DNA of 64,000 bases, taken from assembly GCF_006345805.1 (NCBI RefSeq), contig NC_043002.1, positions 36,890,001-36,954,000 on the forward strand, in the 5' to 3' direction. The DNA comes from Octopus sinensis. Its lineage: Eukaryota. Below, piece by piece: positions 1 to 13,845 of this stretch (positions are counted from its first letter, which is position 1; each line of letters begins with the position of its first letter). Made by a program: the position numbers and the translations under genes. The notes beneath the pieces were generated by a model. That model ran no database searches and was not told where the DNA came from. It saw nothing but the letters and a program-made list of their open reading frames with translations.

Positions 1-361
1 AGCAGTAAATATTTTCCGGCAGATAAATCCCACAAATTGTTACTAGATGTTATGCAGGATATTAATTCCATATGAAATGTTGTGAATCACTTAATATAGT
101 GTTATTTGCTTTGATTTGGAGGTTCTCTAATAGCCAATGCCTGGTTGAATTGTTCATAGAAAAGCGGGTATCTCAAACAAAACTTTAATACGCTTTCCTA
201 CATTAGGAAGGCAAACAATATCAACATTGAAAACAAGAGTAAAATGGGAATTATGTGTGTGTGTGTGTGTGTGTAGGTATGTGTATGTGTATGTGTGTGT
301 GTACACAGAAAAATAAAAATATATATTTCTAAAAGATGAATACACAACACACATATATACA

Positions 362-393
<32 letters not shown>

Positions 394-817
394 AGTATTT
401 ATATACATATTCATATCAATTATATATATTTATATATATATATATATGGTTGTTACATAAGAAGAAAGAAAGAGAGAAACAGATAGAATTAAAGAGTGTG
501 TGAGAGAAAGAATCCAACAGGTACACTGTTAGCAACAAATATATTGGTGAATTGTATTTTCCCAAAAGTATATATACATGCTATAATACTTTTAGCAGTT
601 GCACTCATTGAATTGTGGTTATGCAGGGCTATTTCAATATGATAGCTATTTTATCAGTTTCAGTTTGTAATCTGCAAAGTTATGAGACATAACAGCCAGA
701 ATTAAACAATAGCAAAGTCTTTTAAACTGGTGTAAGCATAAATATACACATATGCAGGAATACAAATAGTACACACATACATAAACATGTAACTATATAT
801 GTGTGTGTGTGTGATAT

Positions 818-1070
818 CATCATCAGCAGCATCATCATTTAACATCCATTTTTCCATGCTGGCATGGGTTAGATGGTTTGACTGGGGACTGGCAGGCCAG
901 GGGGCTGCACCAGGCTCCAATCTGATGAGGCACATTTTCTGTGGCCTGATGCCCTTTCCTTCACTAAGTCCTTCCCTGTTTCCAAGCAACAGAGTATTTC
1001 CCTATGACCTGATATTTTCTTGCAGAATACTGGAAATGAATGACACTGCTTATATGACAGTGCACTTATT
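818..1070 (-). mobile_element. Family B repeat, diverged (other short copies at about 2610-2770, 4495-4650, 6985-7200, 7655-7875, 9140-9260, 13850-14230, 61205-61360)
   Basis: catcatcatttaacatccatttttccatgctggcatgggtt. Confidence 0.7.
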
Positions 1071-1444
1071 TATAAAAATCACACACACAAACACACACAC
1101 ACAAACACACACACACATGCATACACATATACATACACACGTACATACACACATACATACATACATACATACATACATACATACTACATACATACTACAT
1201 ACATACATACATACATACATAAATACATATATACATATATGCATAAATACATACATAGATGCATACACACATACATAAATACATACATATTTATATATGA
1301 TGAGGTTCTTTCAGGTTCCATATACCATGTCAACTCACAGCTGGGGAAGTTTACACAATTTGCTACAATTGACTTTTACACCAATCAATCATAGAAGTTT
1401 TGTTTTAGCAATAAAAGAATTTAGCTGAAGGTTCAACATCATTA

Positions 1445-1555
1445 ATGAAAAAAAAAGCTTGAAATAATATCCAAAAGTGATGAAAAATTGCAATAGTTGC
1501 TAACAAAAAGCAAGAGTTAATATCAAAATGTAGATATAAGAACAAAATTGCCTAA
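1445..1555 (+). mobile_element. Decayed Penelope-like element GIY-YIG C-terminus
   Basis: Reads ..EKLEII.. and ANKKQELISKCRYKNKIA*, resembling the PLE terminal motif LNKRSELISKCRHxNK. Confidence 0.5.
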
Positions 1556-1872
1556 AGAATTTCAAGGAGTTACAACTCTATTGACAACCTATAATTTAAA
1601 ACTCAACCAGATAGAGACATACGAATATGTGACTGCTAGTGTGATAAGGATTTCTTGACATCTATTGAATAACTACTTTACCTAAAGATTGCTTCCAGCA
1701 ATAAACTTAGAACAGTAAATTATGTTATGAGGAATTTCACATTTATTTATTCTTTGCACTTAGTATTAAGTAACCATATAAAGTCACTACCATTAGAATT
1801 AAAGCATCTCTCCACTTCTCTCTTTCTCTTATTCTGTGTGTAGGTCTGCATGTGTACAAGGATGAGTTAGAC

Positions 1873-2144
1873 TAGAAGTTCTCAACCATTTTTTAACCTA
1901 TGGGCCTCTTTGGTTATTTTATTCTGGTGGATCCCATAGCCATTTGATGTTCAAAAATCCCTTTATATTTTTATGATTAAATATTATTAGGAATTGTTTA
2001 AAAAGTTGTTAAAATATTTTTGTGCATTGTAGAAGTATAACTGATTTATTGGACATAAATTTTAAAAAACAAAAAATGTTATATGGATCCCCAATGGTCA
2101 TATGAACCTCCAAAGGTCATATGGGTCCCAGTTAAGAACCACTG
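1873..2144. mobile_element. hAT-type MITE
   Basis: Degenerate TIRs (ta)gaagttctcaacc / cagttaagaaccactg (consensus cagtggttctcaacc); AT-rich interior. Confidence 0.6.
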
Positions 2145-2576
2145 GGTTAGATTAATGTACTACTGGCGCAATGATTTACTGCTGAATGCTCTTTCTGTTA
2201 CTAACCCTTACTTGTTTTTAAATAAGAGATAGCATATTCCACATATCTTCAAAAGTACAAAGCCAGCAATTGATTTATTGACGTGTGTGTTTGTGTGTGT
2301 ATTTATGTATGCCTGTATTTCTGAATATGTGCTTATACACACACACACACACATACATACATACATACATACTGACAGACAGACAGACATAAATACACAC
2401 ACAAACACACACACATACATACACACAACACATATGCTTATTTACACACATGTATACCAACTCATATGCATTCATAAATACATTCACATGCACACACACA
2501 TACATATATATATGTAAATCCATATATATATATATATGTATGTGTATGTGTAGATGTGTGTGTGTGTCTATCTATC

Positions 2577-2610
<34 letters not shown>

Positions 2611-2888
2611 CCATCATCATCATCATTTTTGATGTTCACTTTTCCATGCATATATAGGTAAGATGGGACTAGCTGAGATTGATTTTCTATAGCTGGATGC
2701 CCTTCCTGTCACTAATCCTCTTCTGTTCCCAAGCAAGGTAATATTTTCTGTGGCTGGACATGTTTTCATGGAAGATTTGAGTTAAATTCACCTATAGGTG
2801 GTAAATTTTGCCTGCACAAGTGACAAATATGTTGCCCCTGAATTTGTTCATATTTTTTATAATAATAGTTTTAAAAAATCTGACGTTC

Positions 2889-3125
2889 ATTATCATCATC
2901 ATATTTTAGTGTCCGCTTTCCATGCTGGCATGGGTTGGACGGTTCAACTGGGGTCTGGGGAGCCAGAAGGCTGCACCAGGCCCAGTCTGATCTGGCAATG
3001 TTTCTACAGCTGGATGCCCTTCCTGACGCCAACCACTCCATGAGTGTAGTGGGTGCTTTTTACGTGTCAGATGAGGCTGGCAAACGGCCACTATCGGATG
3101 GTGCTTTTTACGTGCCACCGGCACG
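2889..3125 (-). mobile_element. Family B repeat
   Basis: catcatcatcatattttagtgtccgctttccatgc..ctggatgcccttcctgacgccaaccac. Confidence 0.85.
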
Positions 3126-3539
3126 GAAAAATAAATTTGATGTTGGCTTATTTTGTGAAAAAATACTAATTTCTTTCCTTCTCTCACTTGGATTTAATGA
3201 TTGTTATTGTATACTTGTTAATTACTATATTATTGATGGAGAAGTCTAATTCAGAAGACTGTTTTTGGTTCTGGTATTTATTCATCATTAGTTCATGAAT
3301 AAATGAAATAACATTGTTCTGTGCTATTTTTATTGTCTAAAAACATTATTTTGAATTTCCTCTTTGTCAGTTGTTTTATTATGATAAATGTGTAAACTCA
3401 ATTTACTGAACAAAGTAGAGTTGGGGTTAATATAATTGCAAAAATTTGTCAGATGGCAAATAGAATAAAAAGGGTTTAGAACACCTGAAATAGGCAATTT
3501 AGACGAGTAAATTCGAGCTTTATGAAGTCAGTTAGTGAA

Positions 3540-3840
3540 AGAATGTGGTTTAGTGGTTCAGATTATTTGGCTTACAACTGTGAGAATGTGAGTTCGATCC
3601 CTGGTAGTACATTGTGTCTTTAAGCAAGACACTTTATTTCACATTGCCCCATTCTCCTCAGCTGGTAAAATAAGTTGTACCGGTAGTTCAAAGGGCCAGC
3701 CTTGTCACATTCTGAGAACTATGTTAAGGGTGTGTGTGTGTCTGTGGAATTCTCAGCCACTTGCATATTGATTTCATGAATAGGCTGTTCTGTTGATTGG
3801 ATCAATGGGAATCCTTGTCAGCTTAACCAACAGTGTGCCA
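3540..3840 (+). mobile_element. tRNA-derived SINE family E (related copies at 40630-40890 -, 42415-42585 -, 55624-55790 +)
   Basis: gtggtttagtggtt..gagttcgatccc..aagcaagacactttatttcacattgc..ctcagctgg. Confidence 0.75.
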
Positions 3841-4735
3841 AGAAGCAGGGTGTGTTACATAATACTTTGAAAGTTATCTAAGCAGTCCTTCACTGTGGAT
3901 TTGAAATACTGAAGCTTGCACTAATGCAATATACCAGTTAACTAAAGATTTATGCATTTAGTGCCATTTGTGTACTCAGTATTTTCCATAATTTTAACCC
4001 ATATATGCCCATAAAAATAATGAAGTCTTAAAATTTCATTGTATTTAGATTAAATGTTATGGTAAGCTTTCACAATCTGGAAGAGAAGGACAGTATGCAA
4101 CTGTTAGCTATGGGTGTTGTCTACCTACTGAATATTTTGCATGCTCAGTCAGATGTTCCTTGGTGAGTTCATGTGAAACCACAACCAGGGGTATATATAT
4201 GGGCTAACTCATATATTCTGAGCAGACAGAATTGATACCATGCTGGTTGAAATGCTTAGCGGCATTTTATCTGTCTTTACATTCTCAGTTCAAATTCCAC
4301 CAGGGTCGACATTGCCTTTCATCCTTTCGAAGTTGATAAAATAAGTACTAGTTGAGCACTGAGGTTGATCCAATCGACTTGGCCCCTCTCCCAAAATTGC
4401 TGGCCTTGTGTCAAAATCTGACACCAATAATTTGTTAGAAAATATCATTTTTTACTACTTCCTAGCTGAGCAATAATTTTGTCATACACACTATCATCAT
4501 CATGTAACAACCACTTTTCTAAACTTCTATTCTCAGATGGAAGTTGTTGAAACAGATTTCTACAGCAAGATGCCCTTCCTGGCATTATCCCTCACCTGTT
4601 TCCAAGTAATATTACCTGTTTTCCAGGTAATATTTCCCCATGGCTAGTCATGTTTTTCTTTTATACAGAAGCAGTAACTATACTGTGAAGTAATGTTTAT
4701 TGACACTTCAACATGGCTGTTCTGTAGAAACTGAC

Positions 4736-4947
4736 ATTACTACCATTTTTAACCCCAGGAGGAGACTCCTCTAGCTGGTTATCAATGCAATCTGCACCTG
4801 ATATATATTGCAAGCAAGGGAGTGAACCCCTACCATCTTTAAGTAATGACAACGGAACCACCAGACCATCCAGTTTTGAACTATTTGTGCTTATCCTCAG
4901 TGGTGGACACCCATCTGCTAGAGATAGCAGTGGTTCACTCCAGTTTG
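4736..4947 (-). CDS. Candidate Cav3 II-III linker exon (donor position uncertain: exon end at 4754, 4744 or 4736)
   Basis: Unique, GC-richer stretch after acceptor tttttctatatatatag|. Only one minus frame is open: NWSEPLLSLADGCPPLRISTNSSKLDGLVVPLSLLKDGRGSLPCLQYISGADCIDNQLEESPPG. It lies downstream of the S6 exon on the same strand. No diagnostic motif. Confidence 0.4.
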
Positions 4948-5774
4948 CTATATATATAGAAAAATAAGTGACAATCAATCACTGAATTTGCAACAAGCAA
5001 AGTAGCTAGTTAGAAAATCTCTATAATGAAACAGATATGACAGAAAAAGATATGAGAGACAAAAATATGACAGCAAAAAGAAATGGGAGTGTCATAGTAG
5101 AAATGTTCTTAATCATAGGTCTGGCAGATCAGAGCAGACCTATGTGTAAACAACAACAGTAAAACCAAATTCCCTTAGTTCTTATCAAAGTTCATGTAAC
5201 TTCATTTGTCATGATGTCAAGAAGAAACAGTTCATAACAATCTAAAAGATGTGGTTTATTTCACACAAGGATGTGCTAATTTGCATATTGGTGTTAGTTC
5301 AAAAAAACTATTCAGAAATAACTAACACCCGAACATGGTATGAATATTTTAAAATACATAATATTCATAGGTATATCTATATGCTTAAAACATATGTATA
5401 TGTATGTATGATCGTACTGTGAGCAAGAAAGCTGGAGGTATAACTAAAGTTCTTGGCACTGTTGTGTGGCTATTGAATTTATTCCAGTTTCAAGCTTCCA
5501 TTGGTTCTTCTATGACCTCATTTAACTCTGCAGTAGACATCAAGAACACTTCGATTCTTACTTGCGTCATGCTACTATGAATTTATATATATATATTTAT
5601 ACATAACAATTGCTGTGTGGAAGGTATTTATAAGCCATTTAAGAAATACACAAAACCGTTAGATTCACTTCAACATTTAAATTTAATTTGTCAAAATATT
5701 TTTGTCACTTTGAGACCACGACCTGTTCACTGACAAAATTTCGTGCTTCTTACAACACAGTGCCTATATATATA

Positions 5775-6070
5775 TTCTTTCACTTGTTTCAGTTATTTGA
5801 TTGCGGCCATGCTGGAGCACTGCCCTTAGTCAAGCAAATCGACCCCAGGACATATTTTTTGTAAGCCTAGTACTTTTTCTATCGGTTTCTTTTGCCGAAC
5901 AGCTAAGTTATGGGGACATAAATACACCATCATCGGTTTCAAGCGATGCTGGGAGGACAAACACAGATACACAAACATATACACACATACATATATATAT
6001 ACACATATATACAACGGGTTTCTTTCAGTTTCTGTCTACCAAATCCACTCACAAGGCTTTGGTTGGCCTG
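5775..6070 (-). mobile_element. SINE family A, 5'-truncated
   Basis: Matches family body and tail. Confidence 0.85.
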
Positions 6071-6407
6071 TGTGTGTATGTGTAGGTATGTGCGTAAGCA
6101 CAGGTTTGTGTGTGTGTGTAATGATAGCATGCATATGTGTGTGTGTATGTGTAGTTGTAGCTGCTTATCTATGTGTGTGGTTGGGCTTATATATGTATAT
6201 GTGTATACATGTGTGTAGACCTGCATGTTTGTGTGTTAACAAAAACACAAATATCTATATGTATTTGTGTGTGCATATTTTACATATAATTTTGTCTGTG
6301 TATGCCTAACATCTTTAACAATACTATTATTAGGTCCCAATAGATTTCCCCTCTCCATCTGGTTGTGCTATATGACTTGGCAATACATCTATCAAGTCCC
6401 TCCATAC

Positions 6408-6489
6408 TTTCCTTTGTACAGTTATTTTTCAAAGCTCTTCCAGTGGGGTATGTATGCATATTTTCCAGTGACCTCCAGTTATATTGAGA
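6408..6489 (-). CDS. Weak candidate Cav3 exon following DII-S6
   Basis: Acceptor gactttgtgtaacag|, donor |gtatgg, 82 nt, SQYNWRSLENMHTYPTGRALKNNCTKE. Starts phase 0 and ends phase 1, so it would link 15383-15538 in frame to 4736-4947. Could be coincidence. Confidence 0.25.
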
Positions 6490-6765
6490 CTGTTACACAA
6501 AGTCACTCGGAGAAATCTGTTTGGCAGGCTGCAGAATTTTGTTGAACCCTGCTACATTAAAACAATCCATCACAGCAATATTTGCATATTACGTGGATAT
6601 GATGAGACTTGAAACTTCTGTTAACAAACCACTAGATTTAACTCATTATCATATTGTATGTAGTCTTGTATATAAATACTGTGTGTGGTGTATAATATAG
6701 TGCATTGTGTACGTGTATGCTTGTGAGTCTTTAAATAAAACATACATGTAAACACACATATTGTG

Positions 6766-6797
<32 letters not shown>

Positions 6798-6809
6798 TGT
6801 ATGTATGTA

Positions 6810-6850
<41 letters not shown>

Positions 6851-6946
6851 CTGTCTTCATATATATATACTTTATTTAAAGCAGCAGAAAATTCTATAAA
6901 ACCTGTTACTCTGAGTTTCACGTTGCCGTTCATCGGACAGTTTTTG

Positions 6947-6984
<38 letters not shown>

Positions 6985-7241
6985 CATCATCATTTTTGAT
7001 GTTCACTTTTCCATGACTGTTTGAGTCTGAAGAGAATTTATTGAGGCAAATTTTCTACAGCTGGATGCTCTCGCTCTCACCAACCCTCACTTGTTTCCAA
7101 GCAAGGTAATATTTCCCATTACTGAACATGTTTACACAGAAGACTGGAATCAAATGGTGCCACATTTATGGTGGTGACACTTGTTTACAACTATCATGTG
7201 GCATGAAGAGGCAGAAACGCATTCACAAATGCATAAGCACA

Positions 7242-7282
<41 letters not shown>

Positions 7283-8694
7283 ATATATGACATGCTTCTT
7301 TCAGTTTCCATTTACAAAATCCATTCACTAGGCCACTTATCCCCTCCTCCTCGCTGTTTCATTTCTGTTTCCTTCAACTTACCCTCACAGAACGATATTC
7401 ATCACTGACCCCCATCACTCCCCTTTACCTCTTTCTCTCTCTCCATCCTCTTCTCATTCACCCACTTGTATCTGAAGGATATGTCCTGACGCCTCATCAC
7501 TACCATCCTTCTCTTTCCATTCCCAGCTGGAGTAGTCTTGTATCTCCTTTCCAGCAATTCACCTGTTCATATTTTCCTCTATTATCATCTTGCTTTTCAA
7601 TACCCCTGCCATAAGCTACCTACTTAAATGTGACACCCTACTCAGTCAGGGGTCATGACTTGTGAGCTATTTGGTGACCTCGCTAGTGTTGTTGACAGGA
7701 AAAAAGGTACCTAGTACACACTGCAAAGTTGTTGGCATGGGGAAGGGCATCCAGCTGCAGAAATAATGTCAAAACTATCATTGGTACTTGATGTAGTGCT
7801 CTGACCTGCCAGGTCTTGTCAAACACTCCAAGCATAGAATGTCAGAAGGAATGTGGACATTAAATGATGATGATGTACATTACACACACACACACACAAA
7901 TACACACATGACCACAACCATTGTTGGTTTATGCTGCATAATGCCAAAACAACAACAACAACAACAAAATATATTAGAATCAAGTCTCTTACTTATAGAT
8001 ATAAAAATTGACATAAGAAAAGGCATCATCTCCTAGAATATAGCATCAAAAAGTTTTATTCAATCCATGCTGGCATGGAGAAAGTGACTGCAAAAGCAAT
8101 GAAGATGTAGTTTACCTTACTTTCCCTTTCTACAGTTTGAAAGGCTGAAGTAAGCAATTCTTGATTACTTTTTAAGATAAAGAAAACGATTTGATCCTCC
8201 AAGCCATCAAAAGCTTTGTGGTTTAACCACGGGGTCTTGTTTTCACAGCAAGACTAAATACACGTTTATTAAACATATGGCTGTGACTCTGTATGCATAT
8301 ATTAATTCAATTCTATAAATATCTTATGGTTTTCTCTTTAAGTATTAATTCAGCTACCTATGTGTCAAACAGAGCTGTGTCAAGCAAAGCTGACTTTGAT
8401 TATTCAACAGCAACAACAATGCTAAGATAATGGAAACTTATCTCATAATATAGACTTTTAAAGCTGTAATGTAAGTTGGTAGCATAAATAAGCATAATAA
8501 TACGAAATATGCCAAGATGCTAACCAAAAGTGTGGGTGTATGTCAGATCTGTCATTTACTGTCTTTTTTTGTTTTTCATTGTTTTCTCTTTAGGTAAACA
8601 ATTTGATTCTTTGAACAATCCAATCTCAAAATTTACATAATATTTTTACATTTCTATTCAAATGTTGTTATGGATGAGATACTTTATTAATTTT

Positions 8695-8860
8695 GGCTCT
8701 GTGGTTAAGGAGTTTCCTTTCCAGTCATAAGTGTTTCAGGTTCAGTCTCAGTGTGTGGCAGCTTGGATAAGTGTCTTCTACTCTAGCTCCTGACTGACTA
8801 AAGCTGTGAATGTTATGAGTAGATTTGTTGGATGGAAACTAAAAGAAGCTCTTTGCATAT
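8695..8860 (+). mobile_element. SINE family A, diverged 5' half
   Basis: ggctctgtggttaag..ggataagtgtcttctactctagc. Confidence 0.65.
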
Positions 8861-8947
8861 GTGCATCACACACACACAGACATATATATTTACATATGAC
8901 ATATATATGTATGTATGTATATGTATATGTACATCTTCTCCAAACCT

Positions 8948-8995
<48 letters not shown>

Positions 8996-10209
8996 CATAC
9001 ACACATATATGTATGTGCATACGTGTATGTATGTGCATACATGTATGTATGTATATGCATCTTCTTGTTTTGACATCATCAGATAGTTGTGTGTTGCTGT
9101 CATACAAGCCAATATCATTTGTTTTCAGTCTTCCATGAAAGCATTTCTTGCTAGGGGAAAGGCATCCAGTTATAGAAAACTTGCCTCAGTTGAATTTTGT
9201 CTGACCCATGCAAACATGGAAAGATAGACATTAAATGTGATGACGATCATAATGATGACAATGAAGATATTTCATTAATTGTTGTAATACAGGACTTGTT
9301 GCTGGATGCATTCACTGACATTCAATAGTTTAGCATGTGTTCAACAATCTTACAGATAAGAAATTGGTCATTAGTCACAAGTTAATGGAATCTATAATAT
9401 GGTTTCAAAACCCTGTTTGTTATAATATTCTGCTATTTTCCTCTCTTCTGAAAACTTTTGTTTTGTGTACATAGGTTTGACTGTTTTCAAACTGAGTTAG
9501 TAATCTAGTTTCTATTTATGCTTGTTACTATATTTCTGGAATATTTATGCTGTTTCCTTTCTTTTGTAAATCTCAAACTATGTGCAAATGGGTTTCACTA
9601 TATTCAAATACCTTGCAAAAAAAAAAAAAAAAAAAAAAAGAGTTTTTAGTGCTTTTATTTTCCCAAATCTTATTGAAAATTTTATCTCAGCAAATTACAC
9701 AGAAACACCTAGCATCTTGCATAAAGAAATACACCTTAAACATTAAAATTAAACTTCTGTGTTTTGCACAGACCTAAATATTACTAAAAGAGAATCTTTA
9801 ACATAATTTTACATATTTGACCCAAGAATTTAAATAAAAGTAACAATTGTAAAATATATACCATATACAAAATACCATTTTTCAAAACTATATTTTTTTC
9901 TCTCAAATTATCTGTAAAACAATTTTGCTGATCAATGCAAGCAAAGTTTGTTTTTATAACAGTAGATCACAACTGAAGTATTGTGAATAGCTGAAGCTAT
10001 ATTCATATTCTTATGGATAATTTTTTCTCCAATATTAAAAAAAAAAAAAAAATCTTGAATTTATTGATCAGTAATTGACAGGGTTTGTTCCATTTCAAAG
10101 AGGAGAAATTTTCCAATTATTGATATTAGGAAAATTTACCCAGTGCAAAATATTCTCCATCAGACAGTCATTTCCATATTAGAATTTTTTCTGCAAATAT
10201 GTGTGATTG

Positions 10210-10310
10210 TATATATGGACAAATGTATGTAATTATATACATGCACATATAGATATATAGATATATATACATAATAATGAATATATACATATACATATAT
10301 ATGTATATAT

Positions 10311-10345
<35 letters not shown>

Positions 10346-11000
10346 GATATAGATATGTATGTATGTATATATATATATATATATACATGTATATACTTAT
10401 ATATATACATATGTATGTATGTATCTATCAATCTCTTTATCTATCTATATATATATATATACACACACATACATACATATATTATCATATATATTTACAC
10501 ACACACACACATATACACACGGTTAATCAAAATCTCCACTAGTAAGACATATAAAGATATAAAGATATATATAATATAATGTCAATGGTGCTTGTTAAGA
10601 ATGCAGAAACATGGAACAAACAACAGTGATGTAGGTGTTGAGTTTGGTATTGGTAGGGAAGTTTGTTTGATGATGCCTTTCATTGTAATGACCAAAAACA
10701 AAATATCAACTGATTGCAACATCTCACACACGTATACACACCTAAAACTCAACTACTTTACACTGATATATATGTCAACAAAATCGTAAGAATATATAAA
10801 TACATTCTGCTGTATAGTTATGCTCACATATTCATACACACAGATGGCTTTTTCTTCCTTCTGTCATTTGTACATCTAGTACTTATTAATGTATATACAT
10901 GTACACACACACACATGTATCTATTTATCAATCTGTCTATCAGTTCATATACATACATATTTTATATATGTATATGTATATATATATATATGTATTTATG

Positions 11001-11051
<51 letters not shown>

Positions 11052-11052
11052 G

Positions 11053-11083
<31 letters not shown>

Positions 11084-11085
11084 AT

Positions 11086-11119
<34 letters not shown>

Positions 11120-11213
11120 AACTATCCATCAAACTATCTGTCTACCTATATATACTTATTTATACACAACAGTTGCACACACATACAAATGATATAAATG
11201 TGGATATATATAT

Positions 11214-11245
<32 letters not shown>

Positions 11246-11800
11246 AATAATATATATATATATATATATGTCTTTCATCTCTTGTTTGCAAACCTAAATA
11301 TCCATATACTTACACAAACACATATCCATCTACACATACATGCATACATATATACATGTGTAGTAACAATGCATCAACAGAAAACAAACATAAACACATT
11401 CATTCACACTACATGTACATACATGTAAATATATATATATATATTTATTCATACATACATATATATATATATAATATATATATATATACATATCAATGTA
11501 TGCATGTACATTAATGCAACCAAATAGAAATGTACGCACATATATACATTCATACACATACATACGTACGTACATATGTCACATGTACACACACATACAT
11601 ATGCAATATGTAGATATATGCATATATACATATATATATCTATGTATATATATATATATATATACACACCCATGTATATATGTATGTGTGTATTATATAA
11701 GTATACACTTCTGTGTACAGACATAAACACACACACACACACACACACATAATTATATATATATATATACACATACATACATACCAACATACATACATAT
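10210..11800. repeat. Compound (TA)n/(CA)n/(TACA)n microsatellite field (similar fields throughout, e.g. 1080-1300, 24026-24230, 30580-30730)
   Basis: Direct reading; these explain the IYIY/HTHT/CVCV ORFs in the track. Confidence 0.95.
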
Positions 11801-12109
11801 CACCCATAATGCTACTATTACTACAGATAAACACATCAATAGAAATGTCAGAGAAACCACCACCTTTGGAGTGCTACAAGAGATAATATTGACATTTACA
11901 TTGAACTATGATTGTCTTTCTTAGTTGTTTTAAATCTTGTTTATTATCACTTTCACTTTTGTCCCACCACAGGGGTAAAAGGCCATAGTAAATGTGTTAA
12001 CTTGTATCTGTTTGTGTGTGAAGACAGAGTTGGGAAACTACAGATTTCAATGAAAGGGTGTGAGAGGAACAGCAGAGGAGAAACGAAAACATTAAAACAA
12101 TATCTTTTT

Positions 12110-12670
12110 TTTTATAACTGTTATTTCTTTCTACTTTTTTCTTTCTTTCTTTACTTGTTTCTTCATTCTTTCTGTCTTTCTTTGTCTTACTTTTTCCATC
12201 TTTTTTTTCTTTCCTACTTCCCTCCTCCTTATCCTTCACCCCCCACTTCCTTCTTTCCTGTCTCCCTTCCTTCCTCAGTTCTTTACTGCTTTCTTTTTCC
12301 CTTCTTTCTTCCTACCTTCCTTCTTTGTTGTTTTCTTTCTTTCTTTCCTTCTCTCTCCCTTCCTCCTTCCTTTCTTTCTTTTCTTTTTTCTTCCTTTCAG
12401 CATTCTATCCTCATATCCTCTCCACTATCCTTCATTTCTTTCTTTCTTTATTTCTTTCTTTCTTTCTTTCTTTCTTTTTCATTCTTTCTTTCTTTCTCTT
12501 TTGTTCTTTCTTTATTTCTTTTTTCTTTCTTTCTTTCTTTCTTCTTTCTTTCTTTCTTTCTTTCTTACTTCCTTCTTTCCTTCTTGCTTCCATCCTTCTT
12601 TCCTTTCCATCTTTTATTCTGTTTCTCTCCTCTCCTCATCCCACCTCATCCCACTCCACCCCATATACTT
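12110..12670. repeat. About 560-nt polypyrimidine/polypurine low-complexity tract
   Basis: (CTTT)n/(CT)n-rich, almost no purines on the plus strand. Confidence 0.9.
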
Positions 12671-13089
12671 ATCATTTCTATCTATGTGGCAACTATTTTG
12701 TTGATAAATTCTATTAATTACCTAAATCAGACAGACATGTAATTAAAATAATTGTTTCTTTGTTTGCTGATGTTGTTTTGCCTCACGTATATTTGTTTTA
12801 ATAAGGCTATCAGTATTTGCTAATGTTTAATAATGTTCGTAGAACTGTTGTTGTCGTTGTTGGTGGTGGTGGAGTTATTCATGTTTAACACCAGGTCAAC
12901 CCACATCGAATAGAAATATGATTAAATAATAGCTTTCTAGTTATGACCAGCCTGTCATTATATTTTGGTATGAGACGACTGATCATGACAGTTTGGGTAC
13001 TGGCAATTTGGCACAGTTCACTGGACAGAGAACTTGTTTTGGTAACAATACTTTTTGGCATTGGAGGCACACTTTGTCCTGGCATGGTG

Positions 13090-13255
13090 GAAGAATTGCT
13101 TGATGTGTGGTAAGAAGCTTACTTCGTAACTGACGTGGTTCCAAGTTCAGTTCCACTGTATGGCACCTTGGGCAAGTGTCTTCTGCTACAGCTTTGGACT
13201 GATCAAAGCCTTGTGAATGGATTTGGTTGACACAAAATGGAAAACGCTCATTGTT

Positions 13256-13297
<42 letters not shown>

Positions 13298-13400
13298 GTT
13301 GTGTGTTACCGTTTCCTTGCCTTGACTGTGTGATGGCTGTAAATGAAAAATACAGTCTTACAAGTGTTCTTCATTTCTAGTGTTTTATGAACACATGTCT
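13090..13400 (+). mobile_element. SINE family A variant
   Basis: gtgtggtaagaagctt..ggcaccttgggcaagtgtc..(TG)n. Confidence 0.75.
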
Positions 13401-13424
13401 GGTCATGGGAAATATTCTTTTCTA

Positions 13425-13845
13425 CTCTAGGCACAAGGTCCGAAATTTTTGGGGAAGGAGGCCAGTTGATTAGATTGATCCCAGTATGTAACTGGTACTT
13501 AATTTATTGACCCTAAAAGGATGAAAGGCAAAGTCGACCTCGGTGGAATTTGAACTCAGAATGTAAAAACAGACAAAATACCACTAAGCATTTCGCCCAG
13601 TGTGCTAATGTTTCTTATTTCTTTATTGCCCATAAGGGGCTAAATACAGAAGGGACAAACAAGGACCGAGAAAGGGATTAAGTCGATTACATCGACCCCA
13701 GTGTGTAACTGGTACTTAATTTATCGACCCTGAAAAGATGAAAGGTAAAGTTGACTTTGGCAGAATTTGAACTCAGAACATAATGGCAGACGAAATACCG
13801 CAAAGCACTTCACCCAGCGTGCTAAAGTTTCTGCCAGCTCACCAC
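13425..13845 (-). mobile_element. Two adjacent SINE family C copies
   Basis: 13425-13612 and 13613-13845 each carry aaaggatgaaaggcaaagtcgacc..tttgaactcagaa. Confidence 0.85.

Noticed and set aside
6421-6446. Plus-strand micro-exons with good splice signals (also 8137-8150, about 57523-57570)
   Set aside because: Such signals are expected by chance in 64 kb of AT-rich DNA, and they do not chain into a coherent ORF.
6495-6552. GSTKFCSLPNRF as Cav3 turret exon 12 (KFC motif)
   Set aside because: It is on the wrong side (downstream) of the pore exon, lacks ILGM/VTVFQ and runs into a stop.
11912-12742. 276-aa F/L/S-rich ORF as a membrane protein
   Set aside because: It is the stop-free reading of a CT-rich low-complexity tract.
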